From a virus (taxonomy: Duplodnaviria > Caudoviricetes): 55,328 bases of DNA. Positions 17,149 to 27,542 of the stretch are shown in pieces (positions within the stretch are counted from its first letter, which is position 1; the number at the start of each line of letters is the position of its first letter). The position numbers and the translations under genes were made by a program. The notes under the pieces were generated by a model, which was not told where the DNA came from, searched no databases, and worked only from the letters and a program-made list of their open reading frames with translations. The stretch is from the IMG/VR virus record IMGVR_UViG_3300011269_000004, positions 1 to 55,328 of that record; one strand, written 5' to 3'.

Positions 17149-18631
17149 ATTTCTCCAGCCGTGAGATTTTGGAGAAACTTTTATTACCGGCAACCGCAAC
17201 GAATGGCGAAAATACCGCTATCGTTCCGATTTGGTCACGACCCAAGGTGATTGTCCAAGTATATTGCAGCGAGGATGAAGAAATACGGTCGGCGGTCGCG
17301 TAGTTGTCGTCGGTTCGCTCGGTGACTTTCGTCCAGCCTGCAGCCGGGGTTATGAACGGGGTGGTCTCCTTAGACTGTGGATTGTGGCAGGTGCCAAATA
17401 GATAGGAGTTGCTCATAGTCGGCGTGAGCGCCGGGATGGTCGAAATCGTTTCCGTCGAGAATGCATCTACCAATGCATGGTCCACGCCGCCGAACTTATC
17501 GAAAGCGTTGGCGTTATCAACCTCATGACAGATAATGTTCCTAAAAGTTGATAAATCTGAAAAGTTCAAGGTCACCGTGACCGGGCCATTGGTGATGTTT
17601 GGACTGAAAAATACAATCTGATCCTGCCCAAACAGTGTATTGCCTACTCTAGACAAAATCACATAGGAATTGGATTTGTCGTCGGAGGCTGTGGTTGGAT
17701 AGACGGGAGTAGCAGTCTCAAAGTGGGCCGAACATATAACCGCATGACCGGAGCCTATAGCGGTACTGAAGGTGGTAGCAATCGAGGTGGCCCCAGGACT
17801 GCCAAGCGTAGTGGCGGCAAATTGGATTCTTCCAGTTGAGCCGGTACCCCCACCAGTCGGCAGCGTTGTCTCTGCGAGGGAAAGTATGGAGACTCCGCCT
17901 GAAGTTCCCGCGCTTTCGTTCTGGCTGACGTTGGCGACCGCCCCCGCAGTGGTGCGAATGTTGTAGGCGAGAGACAATGATTGCCCTGAGCCAGAAGTGT
18001 TTCGGTATTGCGCCGAGAGACTGGTTTTGGACCACCCGGAACCAGACAACGTACCCCAAGTGTTCGCCGCCGAAGCCGCCCACAGTCCTATCGTAACGGT
18101 AGATGGCGCCACGGTAGTTATCCCGGTGATCGTTTCGGTGAACGGAGAACTTGGTGCGGCGAAATTGTTGTAGTTTGGACCGACGTCTCCCACCCAAAAC
18201 TTCGTCCCGCTCGTAGGACGGAACACCATCATCACGACAGTCAATGCTGTTGTGGTGTCAGCATTGGTGAGAGTAACCGATGGATTCGCTCCCCAAGTCC
18301 CGTTGAAAGTAGTCCAGAACACCCGCGCGACAAGGGCTGTGGCGACTCCGCCAGAACCTAATCCCCCGGTAGCATCCACCAACTCCTGTGTAAAACTCCA
18401 GCCTTGGCCTCCCGGCTCGGATATTCTAACGTTGCCGACAGTGCCGGAGCGATTCTGGGCGATCATTACCGCCAAGTCGCCTACCAGCATGGACGTGGGT
18501 GGCACCACCGCTACCGTAGCGCCTACTTGCGCGCCATTGTCAGCGGGAGCTGAAGCCACCCCAAAAAACGTAATAGTGGCGTTGGCTCTAGATGCTAAGA
18601 GCAACAATAAAACTAGGAGCCTTTTCATCAT
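17141..18631 (-). CDS. Signal-peptide-bearing tail-associated beta-sandwich protein
   Basis: MKRLLVLLLLLASRANA-T leader; Thr/Ser/Gly-rich two-domain protein in tail cluster. Confidence 0.7.
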   Translation of the reverse strand: MMKRLLVLLLLLASRANATITFFGVASAPADNGAQVGATVAVVPPTSMLVGDLAVMIAQNRSGTVGNVRISEPGGQGWSFTQELVDATGGLGSGGVATALVARVFWTTFNGTWGANPSVTLTNADTTTALTVVMMVFRPTSGTKFWVGDVGPNYNNFAAPSSPFTETITGITTVAPSTVTIGLWAASAANTWGTLSGSGWSKTSLSAQYRNTSGSGQSLSLAYNIRTTAGAVANVSQNESAGTSGGVSILSLAETTLPTGGGTGSTGRIQFAATTLGSPGATSIATTFSTAIGSGHAVICSAHFETATPVYPTTASDDKSNSYVILSRVGNTLFGQDQIVFFSPNITNGPVTVTLNFSDLSTFRNIICHEVDNANAFDKFGGVDHALVDAFSTETISTIPALTPTMSNSYLFGTCHNPQSKETTPFITPAAGWTKVTERTDDNYATADRISSSSLQYTWTITLGRDQIGTIAVFSPFVAVAGNKSFSKISRLEKYD

Positions 18632-21600
18632 GGAGTCGTTGTTTCCATGAACTCAAACGTTACAGTCCCGTTTCCGCCAGTAATCGCCCCTCCGAGGTTG
18701 ATAGCAAGTTGCTGCGCTGTCCCGCGAAGGATGATGGGCTTTAGCGGCTTCAGGATGTAGATGTCATTCGGTCCAGCGGTTGCAGAGGCATTGCAACCTA
18801 GTTGGTAGTTATCGACATCCCCAACCGCTGTTCCTACCGTCGGACCTGTCCCGGTATAAGACAGTGGCGCACTTACTCCTGCCGCATAGTTCGAGTCATC
18901 TGGGACTACCGTCATCGCAGCGGAAGTGCCCGAAGTATCCGCCGCCGAACGCTTGATTATTTCGACGTTCACGATCCCGGCGGTTGTCTGCGTACAGGAA
19001 AAAATAACGCGCGTAAGAAGGACTGTATTCGTGGCGTTCCCTGGCATCACGGCGATGTCGGTAGTGGAACTTAGCGCGAACTTTTTAGATGTGTGGTAAC
19101 TGGTGGTCGTGGTATCGCCATAGGGCAAGGCAAAGATGCGCCCTTGCGGGTCGCTTTTCACCGCTTGCAGGTTTCCTGCCGTGTCTTTCGCTCCAGCCAT
19201 CGTTGCGCCTGTGGGAACCGCCGAGCCAGTGGCGCCGTGTCCCCAGTTGGCAATCGCTGAGTTGTTCGAGGCGAGTGCATCGCGTTCCGTGCCAGCATCA
19301 GCAGTACCATTGTTCACTGATCTGGCGGTGCCGGCAATCTGAGCGTCGTTGACCGGGCAGTTGGCAGCCGTGCAGGTAACGTTGAACTGCCCAGTTCCAG
19401 CGTTGACCGTCACGGAATTAGTCACGTTTACGTTCGGAATTGGGGTGAAGTCGAGCGTCAGTGTTCCAGCCGAAGGATAAGTGACGCAAGCGAAGATCGC
19501 TTTGATTTGAGCCGCTGTCTGTAGCGCAGCCGCAGCAGTGAAGGTCTGCGACGTGGTTCCGTTCGCCGGCGTGACGGCAAATGTAGAACCATTGTTGAGC
19601 GCGTTGCTCTGCGAGTCCACAGCTTGAATCTGTAAGGTGCAGGTAGCCGGGGAGCCAGTAATGGATGCCCAAGTAAGTTGCAGCGTCCCTGTCTGACTGA
19701 AAAGTGGGTTGCGGATTGCCGCGCTGGTGCGCGTCACGGTCACATCTTGCGCAGTCCAGATATTCACGAACGCGAGGCTTACGATCGGGTCTTGAAACGA
19801 CGGGTCGGCGCTTGCCCCATTGGAGATGAGTACCTGTCCTGCTGTGCCTGTCGCCGGAGTAACAACCGCAGAAGTATTGCCTTCACTCAAAACGACTCCA
19901 TGAGCCGTTCCAGGGACAGCGATGTTGCCTGTGCCTAACTTTTGGAATAGTCCCACACTTGAAAGTTGCCAGCCGTTTCCGTTGTTATCTGTTTGGAATG
20001 GGATGGCGGTCGAAGTGTTCAATGTGGATGCTTGCAACAGGATGTTGCTCGCTCCGGTCGCTGCCGTGTTCTCGCCAAATTTGAACGCAGTCGTCGAGCC
20101 GGTCAGCGCCCAGTTCCATATTTGCGGGTTGATCGTGCTGTTGATTGTGTTGCTCGCGGTCGCTGCGGTGATGGTATGCAGCGGCGGCGCTCCTCCGGCC
20201 CCGCCGCAGGTTCCTCCAGAATCCTGAATCACCGTAGACGCTGACCATTGCGCGCAGTGACCTACTGTGATTGCTCCGGTAGGCGTAACGATTCCAGCGC
20301 CTGCAAGCGTCGCGGCGCCAGTTCCGCCGTTTACCACGGCTAGAATTCCCGACACGGAGTTAGCGTTGCCGAGCGGCAAGGCACCGAATACCGGGTCGGC
20401 GCTTGCGCTAACAGAAAGTAATGGCTGATTTGCCGTGGCGTCTGGTCCCGCGAAGGCAACCGCAGAGGTTCCTTCCCCAAGCATCACGCCATGCGCTGTA
20501 TTCGTTACGTTCCCTGTTCCTCCTCCTACTGCTCCTAGATTGCAGAATGCTGGATCGGAAGCCGCTCCGTTCGAGCATAACGGCTGGCCTAATGTTCCAG
20601 CGGAAGTAGAAGTTAGTTGAGGAAACGCTACACCAACTAAAGCGACACCGTGCGCGGTCGGGCCGCTGTTTGTCCATTGCGTGTTGTCTTTGAAGGTCGT
20701 GCCGTTCAAGCTCGATTGAATCGTGTGCGTGGCGGAATTGCCGATGCAGAGGATGTCCACGCCTGCCTGTGGCGATGGGCAACTGCTTTCATTGCCGCTC
20801 AACGTAAGCGCTCCGCTCCCGGTGTAAGTCGTCTGCGGTGTGTGCAAGAATGCGCCGGCATCGAACCACGAAGTTTTCACCGCATTGATTTGCAGGTCAA
20901 AAATGTCTCCTGTTGGACTAGCGGCCGTATTCAGCGTCAGAGGCACAGCGCTTGCCGAGCCAGCGGTAAGCGTCAGAACAGGATTCGTGCCTGCAAGCGA
21001 ACCGACTAGAGGCGAGAGGAGCGACGGGCTTGCGCCATTGCCAAACAGCAGTTGATTTGCCGTGAGGCTCGGCGTCCACGCATTCGCTGTGATTCCTCCA
21101 GTACCGATAGGAGCCAAGACCCCCGCAGTACTCATCTGCGCGCCATTCGCCGTCCCTTGCGCAGTTGCCGTGAAGGGCTTCATCGTCGACGTCGCGCCCG
21201 TATGGAAGAAACCGAGGCTTCCGGTACTCGTTGATGCGCCATCGGTCCATTCCAAAGCGTTGCGCGTCCCGGTCATCACCCCATGCGTGAAAAGAGAAAG
21301 ATTGGTGCCCATCGAGAGGGACAAGTCAGCGGAAGGATTTGATAGGTTAGACCATGAGGTAGAAGTGCTTCCAGAGCATGAGCCAAAGGTGGGCACTCCA
21401 CCGTTAGTTTCGACAAAGCACAAAGTTCCCGCGCCGCCGGCCGCAGTGGTCTGAATTATGCTCGTTCCATTCCCGAACAGGATGCCGTTGGACGTGAAGG
21501 GGGCGCCTAATGCGACGTTTCCGCTGGCGTCTGGAAGTGTCCACGTTCTTGCCGCTGTAGCTGCCGAGGCGAACGTGCCAGGGCCAGGATTGAGCAAGAG

Positions 21601-22869
21601 CGTGCCGGCGTTGTATGTCTTGACTCCTGTGATTGTCTCGGCAAAGTTCAATTCTGATAGTGTCCCAGCGTTATTCGGGAATGTCGCGGTCCCTCCGCCG
21701 CCCCCAGTCAGTAAAGTGCCGCCGATGCTGAAACTGTTAGGCCAGAGCAAATTATCACTGGGGTTTTTAGACAAGCATACATCCGCGTTGTTGGCGTTGT
21801 TCCTCCAGCAATGTGAGTCTCCCGACGCAAGCCTTGTTGCGCCGCTCGATGCGGGATTTGTCGCAGAACTAACGAAAGCGTTGGATACCGTCGTCGACGA
21901 GCCTGTGAGTACGCCAGAGAAGGTCGCTGCCACGCCAGTCGTCGTGCCTGTCACCGCCAAATTGCTATTCACCGACACTGGTTCGTTCATATTCAGAGTT
22001 GTGCCGGTATCGTTTATCTTGGCTACCGCCAAGCCACCAGAGCCGTTGTTCTTTTGTACGTCGCCTGATACGCCAGCCGCGTTCGCCGCGCCGCCGCCAG
22101 AAGCCGGGAAGGTCTGCGCGTGCCAGTTGGTCCCGTCATACCAGAAGGAAGCGTTCGTTGTGCTGTTTGCCGCGCCTTGAATCGCCGGCTGGTCTATGAA
22201 ATTTGATGGCCATGCGAATGAGAAACCACCGACGTTGTTTTGAGTAAGCGTGAACTGCGCGATGGCACCTGTCTGGATTGGCCCTCCACCTTGTCCGATC
22301 ACCGAGGTAGAGGTCGCATTACAATTCAGTGCGACGGTGAATGCTGTGTTGGCCGTTATAGGCGGCAATCCGCCCATTCCGAAAACTATGTTGGAAGCAC
22401 ATGGAATAGTTTTTACGACAAACGCTCCGCCACCGCCACCTTGCGCGGGAAGAAGCGCGGCGCAAGCCTGTAAAGCGGAAGTGATGACCTGTGAAGCTCC
22501 GGTGACCGTCATGGCGCAACTGAAGTGGGTCTGCCCATCCCGTGAATTCACCAAGAATATCCACTGGCTTGCTTGCCCTCCGGTGTGACCGTCGCTGACC
22601 GCCAGGTTATCTGCTAATGAAAGACTGAAAGCCGCGAAAGAGTCGCAGGACGATAAAGGATACTGAGTTTGGAACTGCGAACCTGATAGCGTCGGAATCT
22701 TTGTGGCCGTGGGAGAAGGAACAAAGTTCGCGGACATCGTGCAGTTGATGTATAGCGCTCCAGTAGGGTCTTTGACGATGCCGCTGACGGTCGTGAATTG
22801 AGCCCTGCTCGTGCCAGCAACGGCCAGCAACAGGATGGAGAACGCGAGGAATCGAGCGAGTCTTTTCAT
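18628..22869 (-). CDS. Long tail-fibre-like protein with signal peptide
   Basis: MKRLARFLAFSILLLAVAGTSRA-Q leader; repeated TAHGV.L.EG...GT.GQ.L.SNG...DP.F and GGTG fibre motifs; LTQ..GG....WPSNF domain. Confidence 0.8.
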   Translation of the reverse strand: MKRLARFLAFSILLLAVAGTSRAQFTTVSGIVKDPTGALYINCTMSANFVPSPTATKIPTLSGSQFQTQYPLSSCDSFAAFSLSLADNLAVSDGHTGGQASQWIFLVNSRDGQTHFSCAMTVTGASQVITSALQACAALLPAQGGGGGAFVVKTIPCASNIVFGMGGLPPITANTAFTVALNCNATSTSVIGQGGGPIQTGAIAQFTLTQNNVGGFSFAWPSNFIDQPAIQGAANSTTNASFWYDGTNWHAQTFPASGGGAANAAGVSGDVQKNNGSGGLAVAKINDTGTTLNMNEPVSVNSNLAVTGTTTGVAATFSGVLTGSSTTVSNAFVSSATNPASSGATRLASGDSHCWRNNANNADVCLSKNPSDNLLWPNSFSIGGTLLTGGGGGTATFPNNAGTLSELNFAETITGVKTYNAGTLLLNPGPGTFASAATAARTWTLPDASGNVALGAPFTSNGILFGNGTSIIQTTAAGGAGTLCFVETNGGVPTFGSCSGSTSTSWSNLSNPSADLSLSMGTNLSLFTHGVMTGTRNALEWTDGASTSTGSLGFFHTGATSTMKPFTATAQGTANGAQMSTAGVLAPIGTGGITANAWTPSLTANQLLFGNGASPSLLSPLVGSLAGTNPVLTLTAGSASAVPLTLNTAASPTGDIFDLQINAVKTSWFDAGAFLHTPQTTYTGSGALTLSGNESSCPSPQAGVDILCIGNSATHTIQSSLNGTTFKDNTQWTNSGPTAHGVALVGVAFPQLTSTSAGTLGQPLCSNGAASDPAFCNLGAVGGGTGNVTNTAHGVMLGEGTSAVAFAGPDATANQPLLSVSASADPVFGALPLGNANSVSGILAVVNGGTGAATLAGAGIVTPTGAITVGHCAQWSASTVIQDSGGTCGGAGGAPPLHTITAATASNTINSTINPQIWNWALTGSTTAFKFGENTAATGASNILLQASTLNTSTAIPFQTDNNGNGWQLSSVGLFQKLGTGNIAVPGTAHGVVLSEGNTSAVVTPATGTAGQVLISNGASADPSFQDPIVSLAFVNIWTAQDVTVTRTSAAIRNPLFSQTGTLQLTWASITGSPATCTLQIQAVDSQSNALNNGSTFAVTPANGTTSQTFTAAAALQTAAQIKAIFACVTYPSAGTLTLDFTPIPNVNVTNSVTVNAGTGQFNVTCTAANCPVNDAQIAGTARSVNNGTADAGTERDALASNNSAIANWGHGATGSAVPTGATMAGAKDTAGNLQAVKSDPQGRIFALPYGDTTTTSYHTSKKFALSSTTDIAVMPGNATNTVLLTRVIFSCTQTTAGIVNVEIIKRSAADTSGTSAAMTVVPDDSNYAAGVSAPLSYTGTGPTVGTAVGDVDNYQLGCNASATAGPNDIYILKPLKPIILRGTAQQLAINLGGAITGGNGTVTFEFMETTTP

Positions 22870-22879
22870 TGTGTCCGTC

Positions 22880-25222
22880 CTAGTTCGAGGGCATCAGCGT
22901 GAATACCATCGTCGGCAGAAAATCGCTTGATGAATTTATCATCGTTACGGAATCTGCAGCATTGGAAGTCAAATAGCACAGATTGATTGTATGTGATGCT
23001 CCGTCTCCGGTTATCACAGAAGAAAGTGAAAAAGATTCTGGATTTGTTGCCGCCGTTGGTACGGATTGCGTGCGCTGCAAGTTGACCGTACTTCCGCTGC
23101 ACGAACCGTCGTTGATTCCCACGGAAGCAGTTGCTATTGCCGTGCTTGTCGTAATTGCTCCGCTGACTTGAATACCGAGTTTCCACCCGGTTGGGATCGT
23201 TACTGTATTAGTTAGGTTGGTTCCATCTACCGCTGTGAACGTAGTAGAGGCGCTGGAATAGTTGCCCGCGCCGCTGCCTTTCTTGAGCGTGAGGCCCATT
23301 GTCGAAGTAGCCGCTGTGTTCTGAATTGTGGAACCGAGCAAGAGATTCGCCATTTTTACTTTGCCAGTGATGTCTTGTGCTGTTCCATTCCCTATATCCA
23401 TGACTCCTGCTGCGTCTCGCGATGATCCTATATCTATGCCCGTTCCCGTGGGGTCGCCGGAAGCAAATCCCATTACTGAGGTATTGCCACCTTTGAATTG
23501 AACGCCAGTCATGTAGAAATTTCTTGTATTGGAGCCGCTCAGCCCCCAAGCTTCCGGTGTATGTGCCTCAAATCCAGTAACGGCATCCTGCCATGAGACA
23601 TAGGTGTTGGTTCCGAGATCGGAAAGCCATGTGGTGATTTGCTCGCCCAGCGGGAGATTGATATTATCGGTAATGATCGTCCTATCCGCGTTTGCTGTGG
23701 TGGCAATCAGTGCGCCCGTGCCGCGCGGCAAAAGATTGTGCCGGATAACCGTATGTACGGCGTTGTCTACCCGAATAGATATTGCGCAGTTGAATATCCC
23801 GTTACATCCCAGATAGTTGTTGTCGAAAACAAAATTAGTGGTCTTGTTGCCAGTCGTGCCTCGCAAATCAATGAGGGCACTGAAAGTTTCCGTGGTATTC
23901 ACCACCTGCTCGATGTCGTTAAAAGCGAAGTAGCCTTGCCACGAATTAAGGATTACCGTTCCTCCAGTAGTAGTGATGTTGTTTCCGATAGCCTGAAATC
24001 CATGCGAACCGCCGTCTCCGTGGCATCCCTGTGTCACATTCTGGATTGTCAGGTCCCTTGGACCAGTGATGTTGTTTCTCAGCAACAGGATGGAATCTCC
24101 CATATTCAAAAGGGACATGCCCCCAACTAAGGTATTGTCCTGGAAAGTGGCGAGGTATAGGGGATTGCAACTCGGCAGCGTATTAGTGTTGAAAATCGCA
24201 TAGTTTCCTAGTGTGTTGCCTACGGAACCTATCCTTATTCTTTCAACTGTCACGTGGGCAATGGAGCCATTCGTTTCGTCTAAGTTGATGCCGTATCTTG
24301 CCGGCGAACCTGATACGGGCTGGATGTAGAAATCGTGCAGGTAGAAACCATATTCCGTCCCCGTGGAAGCGATGCGGATGACATCTTCAGTGCTAGGTAC
24401 GTTAGCTGCCACTTGTAAAATTGTGACTTCCCCGCCTTCTCCGCTAAGTTCAAAGCCGGTAGTACAGCCACCTGGAGGATTGTAAAAGATTTCTTGGGCA
24501 CTAGTGGTATCGGTTAGATTATAAGTCCCCGCTGGCATGTGGACATGACCGCCGCATCCGGCAGCGTTGAGAGCTAATTGAATTCCTGTTTGCGTCTTGG
24601 CATAAGTCACTCCATCCACTACTACCGTGGCGTTTAACTTTGCGAACGTGTTGTTGCCGGTGAAGTTGTTGTTTCCGCCCGCTGTCGTATCTCCGGTCCA
24701 AGCCGTGCAATTCCCCGCGCTTACGGTCTGGCAGAAGCGAAGGCTCTGCGCTGTAAGGCTGTAATAAGTTTGTCCCACCTGCGCCGCTACTTCCGTGTCG
24801 TTGTAGGCCGCTACGCCCGATCCCGCCTTCAGACGCGGACTCGGCGGAGTAAGATTTAGCACCGTGCTCGATGTCGTGATGGACTGGTAAGTGATGTAGC
24901 AGCCGCCTGGTGGAAGCGTGGTTGCTGGGCAGGCGATGACCTGCCATTGACTCCCGAGAGGGAAAATCTGTGTGTTATCAGGAACGCTCGCGGAATACGT
25001 TCCAGTTGCTGATAAAGTAGCGCTAATAGGCGTCTGCGGATTGAACGCGCCGCCCGACCAGCGATACGGCGGATTGTTCCCTGAGAATGTGAAGGTGATC
25101 GTGCCACCATTCCAAGTCTGCGAATCAGGCGAATCTGTGACCGTGCCGGTCAGCGATACGCTCTGCGCGTAGGTCGGCGCAGCCGAGAACAGGAACAGCA
25201 ACAAGGTTAGGCACTTCCGCAT
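22880..25222 (-). CDS. Tailspike-like beta-helix (pectate-lyase-like) protein with signal peptide
   Basis: MRKCLTLLLFLFSAAPTYA-Q leader; IQ.ALNAA..GG.V.MPAGTY beta-helix cap; Asn-ladder repeats. Confidence 0.8.
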   Translation of the reverse strand: MRKCLTLLLFLFSAAPTYAQSVSLTGTVTDSPDSQTWNGGTITFTFSGNNPPYRWSGGAFNPQTPISATLSATGTYSASVPDNTQIFPLGSQWQVIACPATTLPPGGCYITYQSITTSSTVLNLTPPSPRLKAGSGVAAYNDTEVAAQVGQTYYSLTAQSLRFCQTVSAGNCTAWTGDTTAGGNNNFTGNNTFAKLNATVVVDGVTYAKTQTGIQLALNAAGCGGHVHMPAGTYNLTDTTSAQEIFYNPPGGCTTGFELSGEGGEVTILQVAANVPSTEDVIRIASTGTEYGFYLHDFYIQPVSGSPARYGINLDETNGSIAHVTVERIRIGSVGNTLGNYAIFNTNTLPSCNPLYLATFQDNTLVGGMSLLNMGDSILLLRNNITGPRDLTIQNVTQGCHGDGGSHGFQAIGNNITTTGGTVILNSWQGYFAFNDIEQVVNTTETFSALIDLRGTTGNKTTNFVFDNNYLGCNGIFNCAISIRVDNAVHTVIRHNLLPRGTGALIATTANADRTIITDNINLPLGEQITTWLSDLGTNTYVSWQDAVTGFEAHTPEAWGLSGSNTRNFYMTGVQFKGGNTSVMGFASGDPTGTGIDIGSSRDAAGVMDIGNGTAQDITGKVKMANLLLGSTIQNTAATSTMGLTLKKGSGAGNYSSASTTFTAVDGTNLTNTVTIPTGWKLGIQVSGAITTSTAIATASVGINDGSCSGSTVNLQRTQSVPTAATNPESFSLSSVITGDGASHTINLCYLTSNAADSVTMINSSSDFLPTMVFTLMPSN

Positions 25223-25224
25223 TT

Positions 25225-25611
25225 TTACCTCGCCATCACCGTAAGGTTGGTCGCCGCTGCGGTCGTAATACAAAGCCCGTTAGCCGTCTGCGCGTTATAG
25301 GTGTAGACCTGCCCGGCTACCTGCGGTTGCGCGATGGTCGCGATGGTCACTCCGCCGGTACAGTTACTTGCCGCCGTATCGACTACGGTAATCACCCCGG
25401 TTAGCGTTCCTCCATTGATTACGATGGAATGGAACGTGGCTGCACCGCTTTTGACTTGCGTGTTAGTTGCAGTCGTGATCGGCGTGTATACGAAGCCGAC
25501 TGAGCCAGCCAGTTGCGCGTTTGCTGGCCTCTCCCACACCGCAAAGAATGCAATGACTGCGACGAGCACCGTCTCAAGAATTGCGATTCTTAGAATCCAT
25601 TTTTCTTTCAT
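25225..25611 (-). CDS. Small virion-like beta-sandwich protein with signal peptide
   Basis: Hydrophobic leader ending ANA-Q; T.VKSG....HSI.IN and NGL.I motifs; ATGA overlap. Confidence 0.7.
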   Translation of the reverse strand: MKEKWILRIAILETVLVAVIAFFAVWERPANAQLAGSVGFVYTPITTATNTQVKSGAATFHSIVINGGTLTGVITVVDTAASNCTGGVTIATIAQPQVAGQVYTYNAQTANGLCITTAAATNLTVMAR

Positions 25612-27542
25612 AGAGTTGGGGTCTCCTTTGATAGCCAATCCAGAACTTTAGGCCCAGTCATAACGTGCTTCATTCCCTGCATCGCGGCGATAGCCTCGGC
25701 TACGCGCAGCGCCGCTGTTGGATCGCCCTTCACCAAGTCGTGTAGCGCGAACAGAACGCCTACGCCGCTGCCGAGATTGCCAACATTCTTCAACTTCTTC
25801 TCGACGCCCTCGCGGATGAATTGCGAACGGTTGAATGGCTCAATGTCAGGCGGAGAAGGCAAATTGACTTTTGCTGAAGTAATCTCTGGTGGCTCTTTCG
25901 GCGCTTCTGGCTCCTCAAACTCGCCGGGGAACTTCGGCATCTTCGTCTCAGGAACATCCTCGTACAGTTTCGGCAGGCTCTTGAGTTTGTCGTTGATGGC
26001 CATGAGGCGCCCGACGTTCGACGGATCGGCACCGAATTGCCGTTTCCCTTCCAGTAGGCGCCTGACTGCCCCTCCAGCCTCGCCCTTCATGATTCCCGCG
26101 ACGCGCTCGCCTACTGGAACGCCTTGTTTCACAACCGCAGGGTCGCGCAACATGCGCAGCATCCGCGGCAAGGGATTCACCGAACTGCGGTCGTACCATG
26201 ACAACTTATAGCCCGACCAATCCTCTTTCAATTTCTCAAAGCGCTCGAGCAGCACTCCGCCAGCCTGCTTGCCGTAGTTGTCTGTGATGGATGCGCGTAT
26301 CTCCGCATCCAGCCCGTCCCGCACGGTTTGCAATGCTTGACGAACGTCGTGCGGCAATTCCTTGTTATAGATGGAGTCGCCAAGCTCCTGCCAGTAGCCG
26401 CGCAACTGGTCCAAGCCGAGCATCTGATTCTCCATGAACTTGATCGAGCCATCCTGCCCCTCGATCATGTATTCCTTCAGCCGGCCGAGCACGTCGCGGA
26501 ATACCTTGATGTTTTCCTTAGAGCCTTTAATGTCCTCTTTTTCCGCTTTCAGGACCGACTCGCCCACTTTGGACAGGTTCCCTTTCAGACTCTTAATCAT
26601 GCTGTTGAATTGGTTCCAGCGGTCGTCCAGTGTCCCGCGCTCGGCCTTTTCCGCCTTGTCGATGTTCTCGGCGGTGTCCTTTACCAGCCGCTCACGGTAC
26701 TGGACAAGGCGTTGCTTTGCCTGATTCAAACGGGAATTCTGTAAACGGGCCGAGGCTTCTTTTGTGGCGCTCTCCCCCAATTTCTTTTCGGCGGTTTCCA
26801 CTCCTGCCGCGTGCTTCGATTTGGCCTCCTCGACATCCTTGGTGTGCTGCTCTTTCTTTTCCTTGATGCCTTTCTCGCGCTCTGCGATTTCTGCGGCGTG
26901 TTCGCCGCGCGCTTTTGCCATGCGCTCAGAGGCTTCGGTCTTGAATGCGGCGGTCTTTTCTCCTGCGGCCTTCTGCGCGGCCGCTTCTGCGGCGTTTACA
27001 TCTTTCGGTGCGCGGTCGGAGATGTCGCGGATGAGCGTTCTACCGCCTTTGAGAACCGTACTTTCGCCTAGTGAGGTAGTTGCGGCCTTCTTGCCGCCGC
27101 GAAGGAGCATGATTTGAGTCAACAAGGATGCCAAGTCGTGACTTGTCTTTTCAGGGTCATCCACTACGCCATAGCCTTTTGACAAGTCTTGAGTTACATC
27201 TCGGCCAGTCGTAGCGAGCGCTGTGGGCACGGCCACAAGCGGATTTGCTTTTAGACTCTTCTTCCACGCTTCGCCGCTAAAGGGATGGCGCCAAGGGCCA
27301 AGCACATCCTTGCCTTGTTGGAGAAATCCTTTTAGCGTGTCCATAACCGGGTCTTGCGATTCAGAAATGCCAGCGCCTGATGCCGCTCCTAGTGCCGCGC
27401 CGCGCCCTATCTTGGTGCCCATACCCTCTTCATCGAGCAGTTTCCCGCCGTTAGCGATGACATGCAGGATATCCCCGCGCGAGACTGTGCCTGTTCGTCC
27501 ATCCTTCAGTTGCACCCGTACTCGGTCCTCGCCATTCGGCAT
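25608..27542 (-). CDS. Internal virion (ejection) protein, large
   Basis: 644-aa helical protein in ejection-gene position. Confidence 0.6.
   Translation of the reverse strand: MPNGEDRVRVQLKDGRTGTVSRGDILHVIANGGKLLDEEGMGTKIGRGAALGAASGAGISESQDPVMDTLKGFLQQGKDVLGPWRHPFSGEAWKKSLKANPLVAVPTALATTGRDVTQDLSKGYGVVDDPEKTSHDLASLLTQIMLLRGGKKAATTSLGESTVLKGGRTLIRDISDRAPKDVNAAEAAAQKAAGEKTAAFKTEASERMAKARGEHAAEIAEREKGIKEKKEQHTKDVEEAKSKHAAGVETAEKKLGESATKEASARLQNSRLNQAKQRLVQYRERLVKDTAENIDKAEKAERGTLDDRWNQFNSMIKSLKGNLSKVGESVLKAEKEDIKGSKENIKVFRDVLGRLKEYMIEGQDGSIKFMENQMLGLDQLRGYWQELGDSIYNKELPHDVRQALQTVRDGLDAEIRASITDNYGKQAGGVLLERFEKLKEDWSGYKLSWYDRSSVNPLPRMLRMLRDPAVVKQGVPVGERVAGIMKGEAGGAVRRLLEGKRQFGADPSNVGRLMAINDKLKSLPKLYEDVPETKMPKFPGEFEEPEAPKEPPEITSAKVNLPSPPDIEPFNRSQFIREGVEKKLKNVGNLGSGVGVLFALHDLVKGDPTAALRVAEAIAAMQGMKHVMTGPKVLDWLSKETPTL

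Noticed and set aside
14335-25222. Diversity-generating retroelement or invertible fibre cassette
   Set aside because: No reverse transcriptase, invertase or template/variable repeat pair seen
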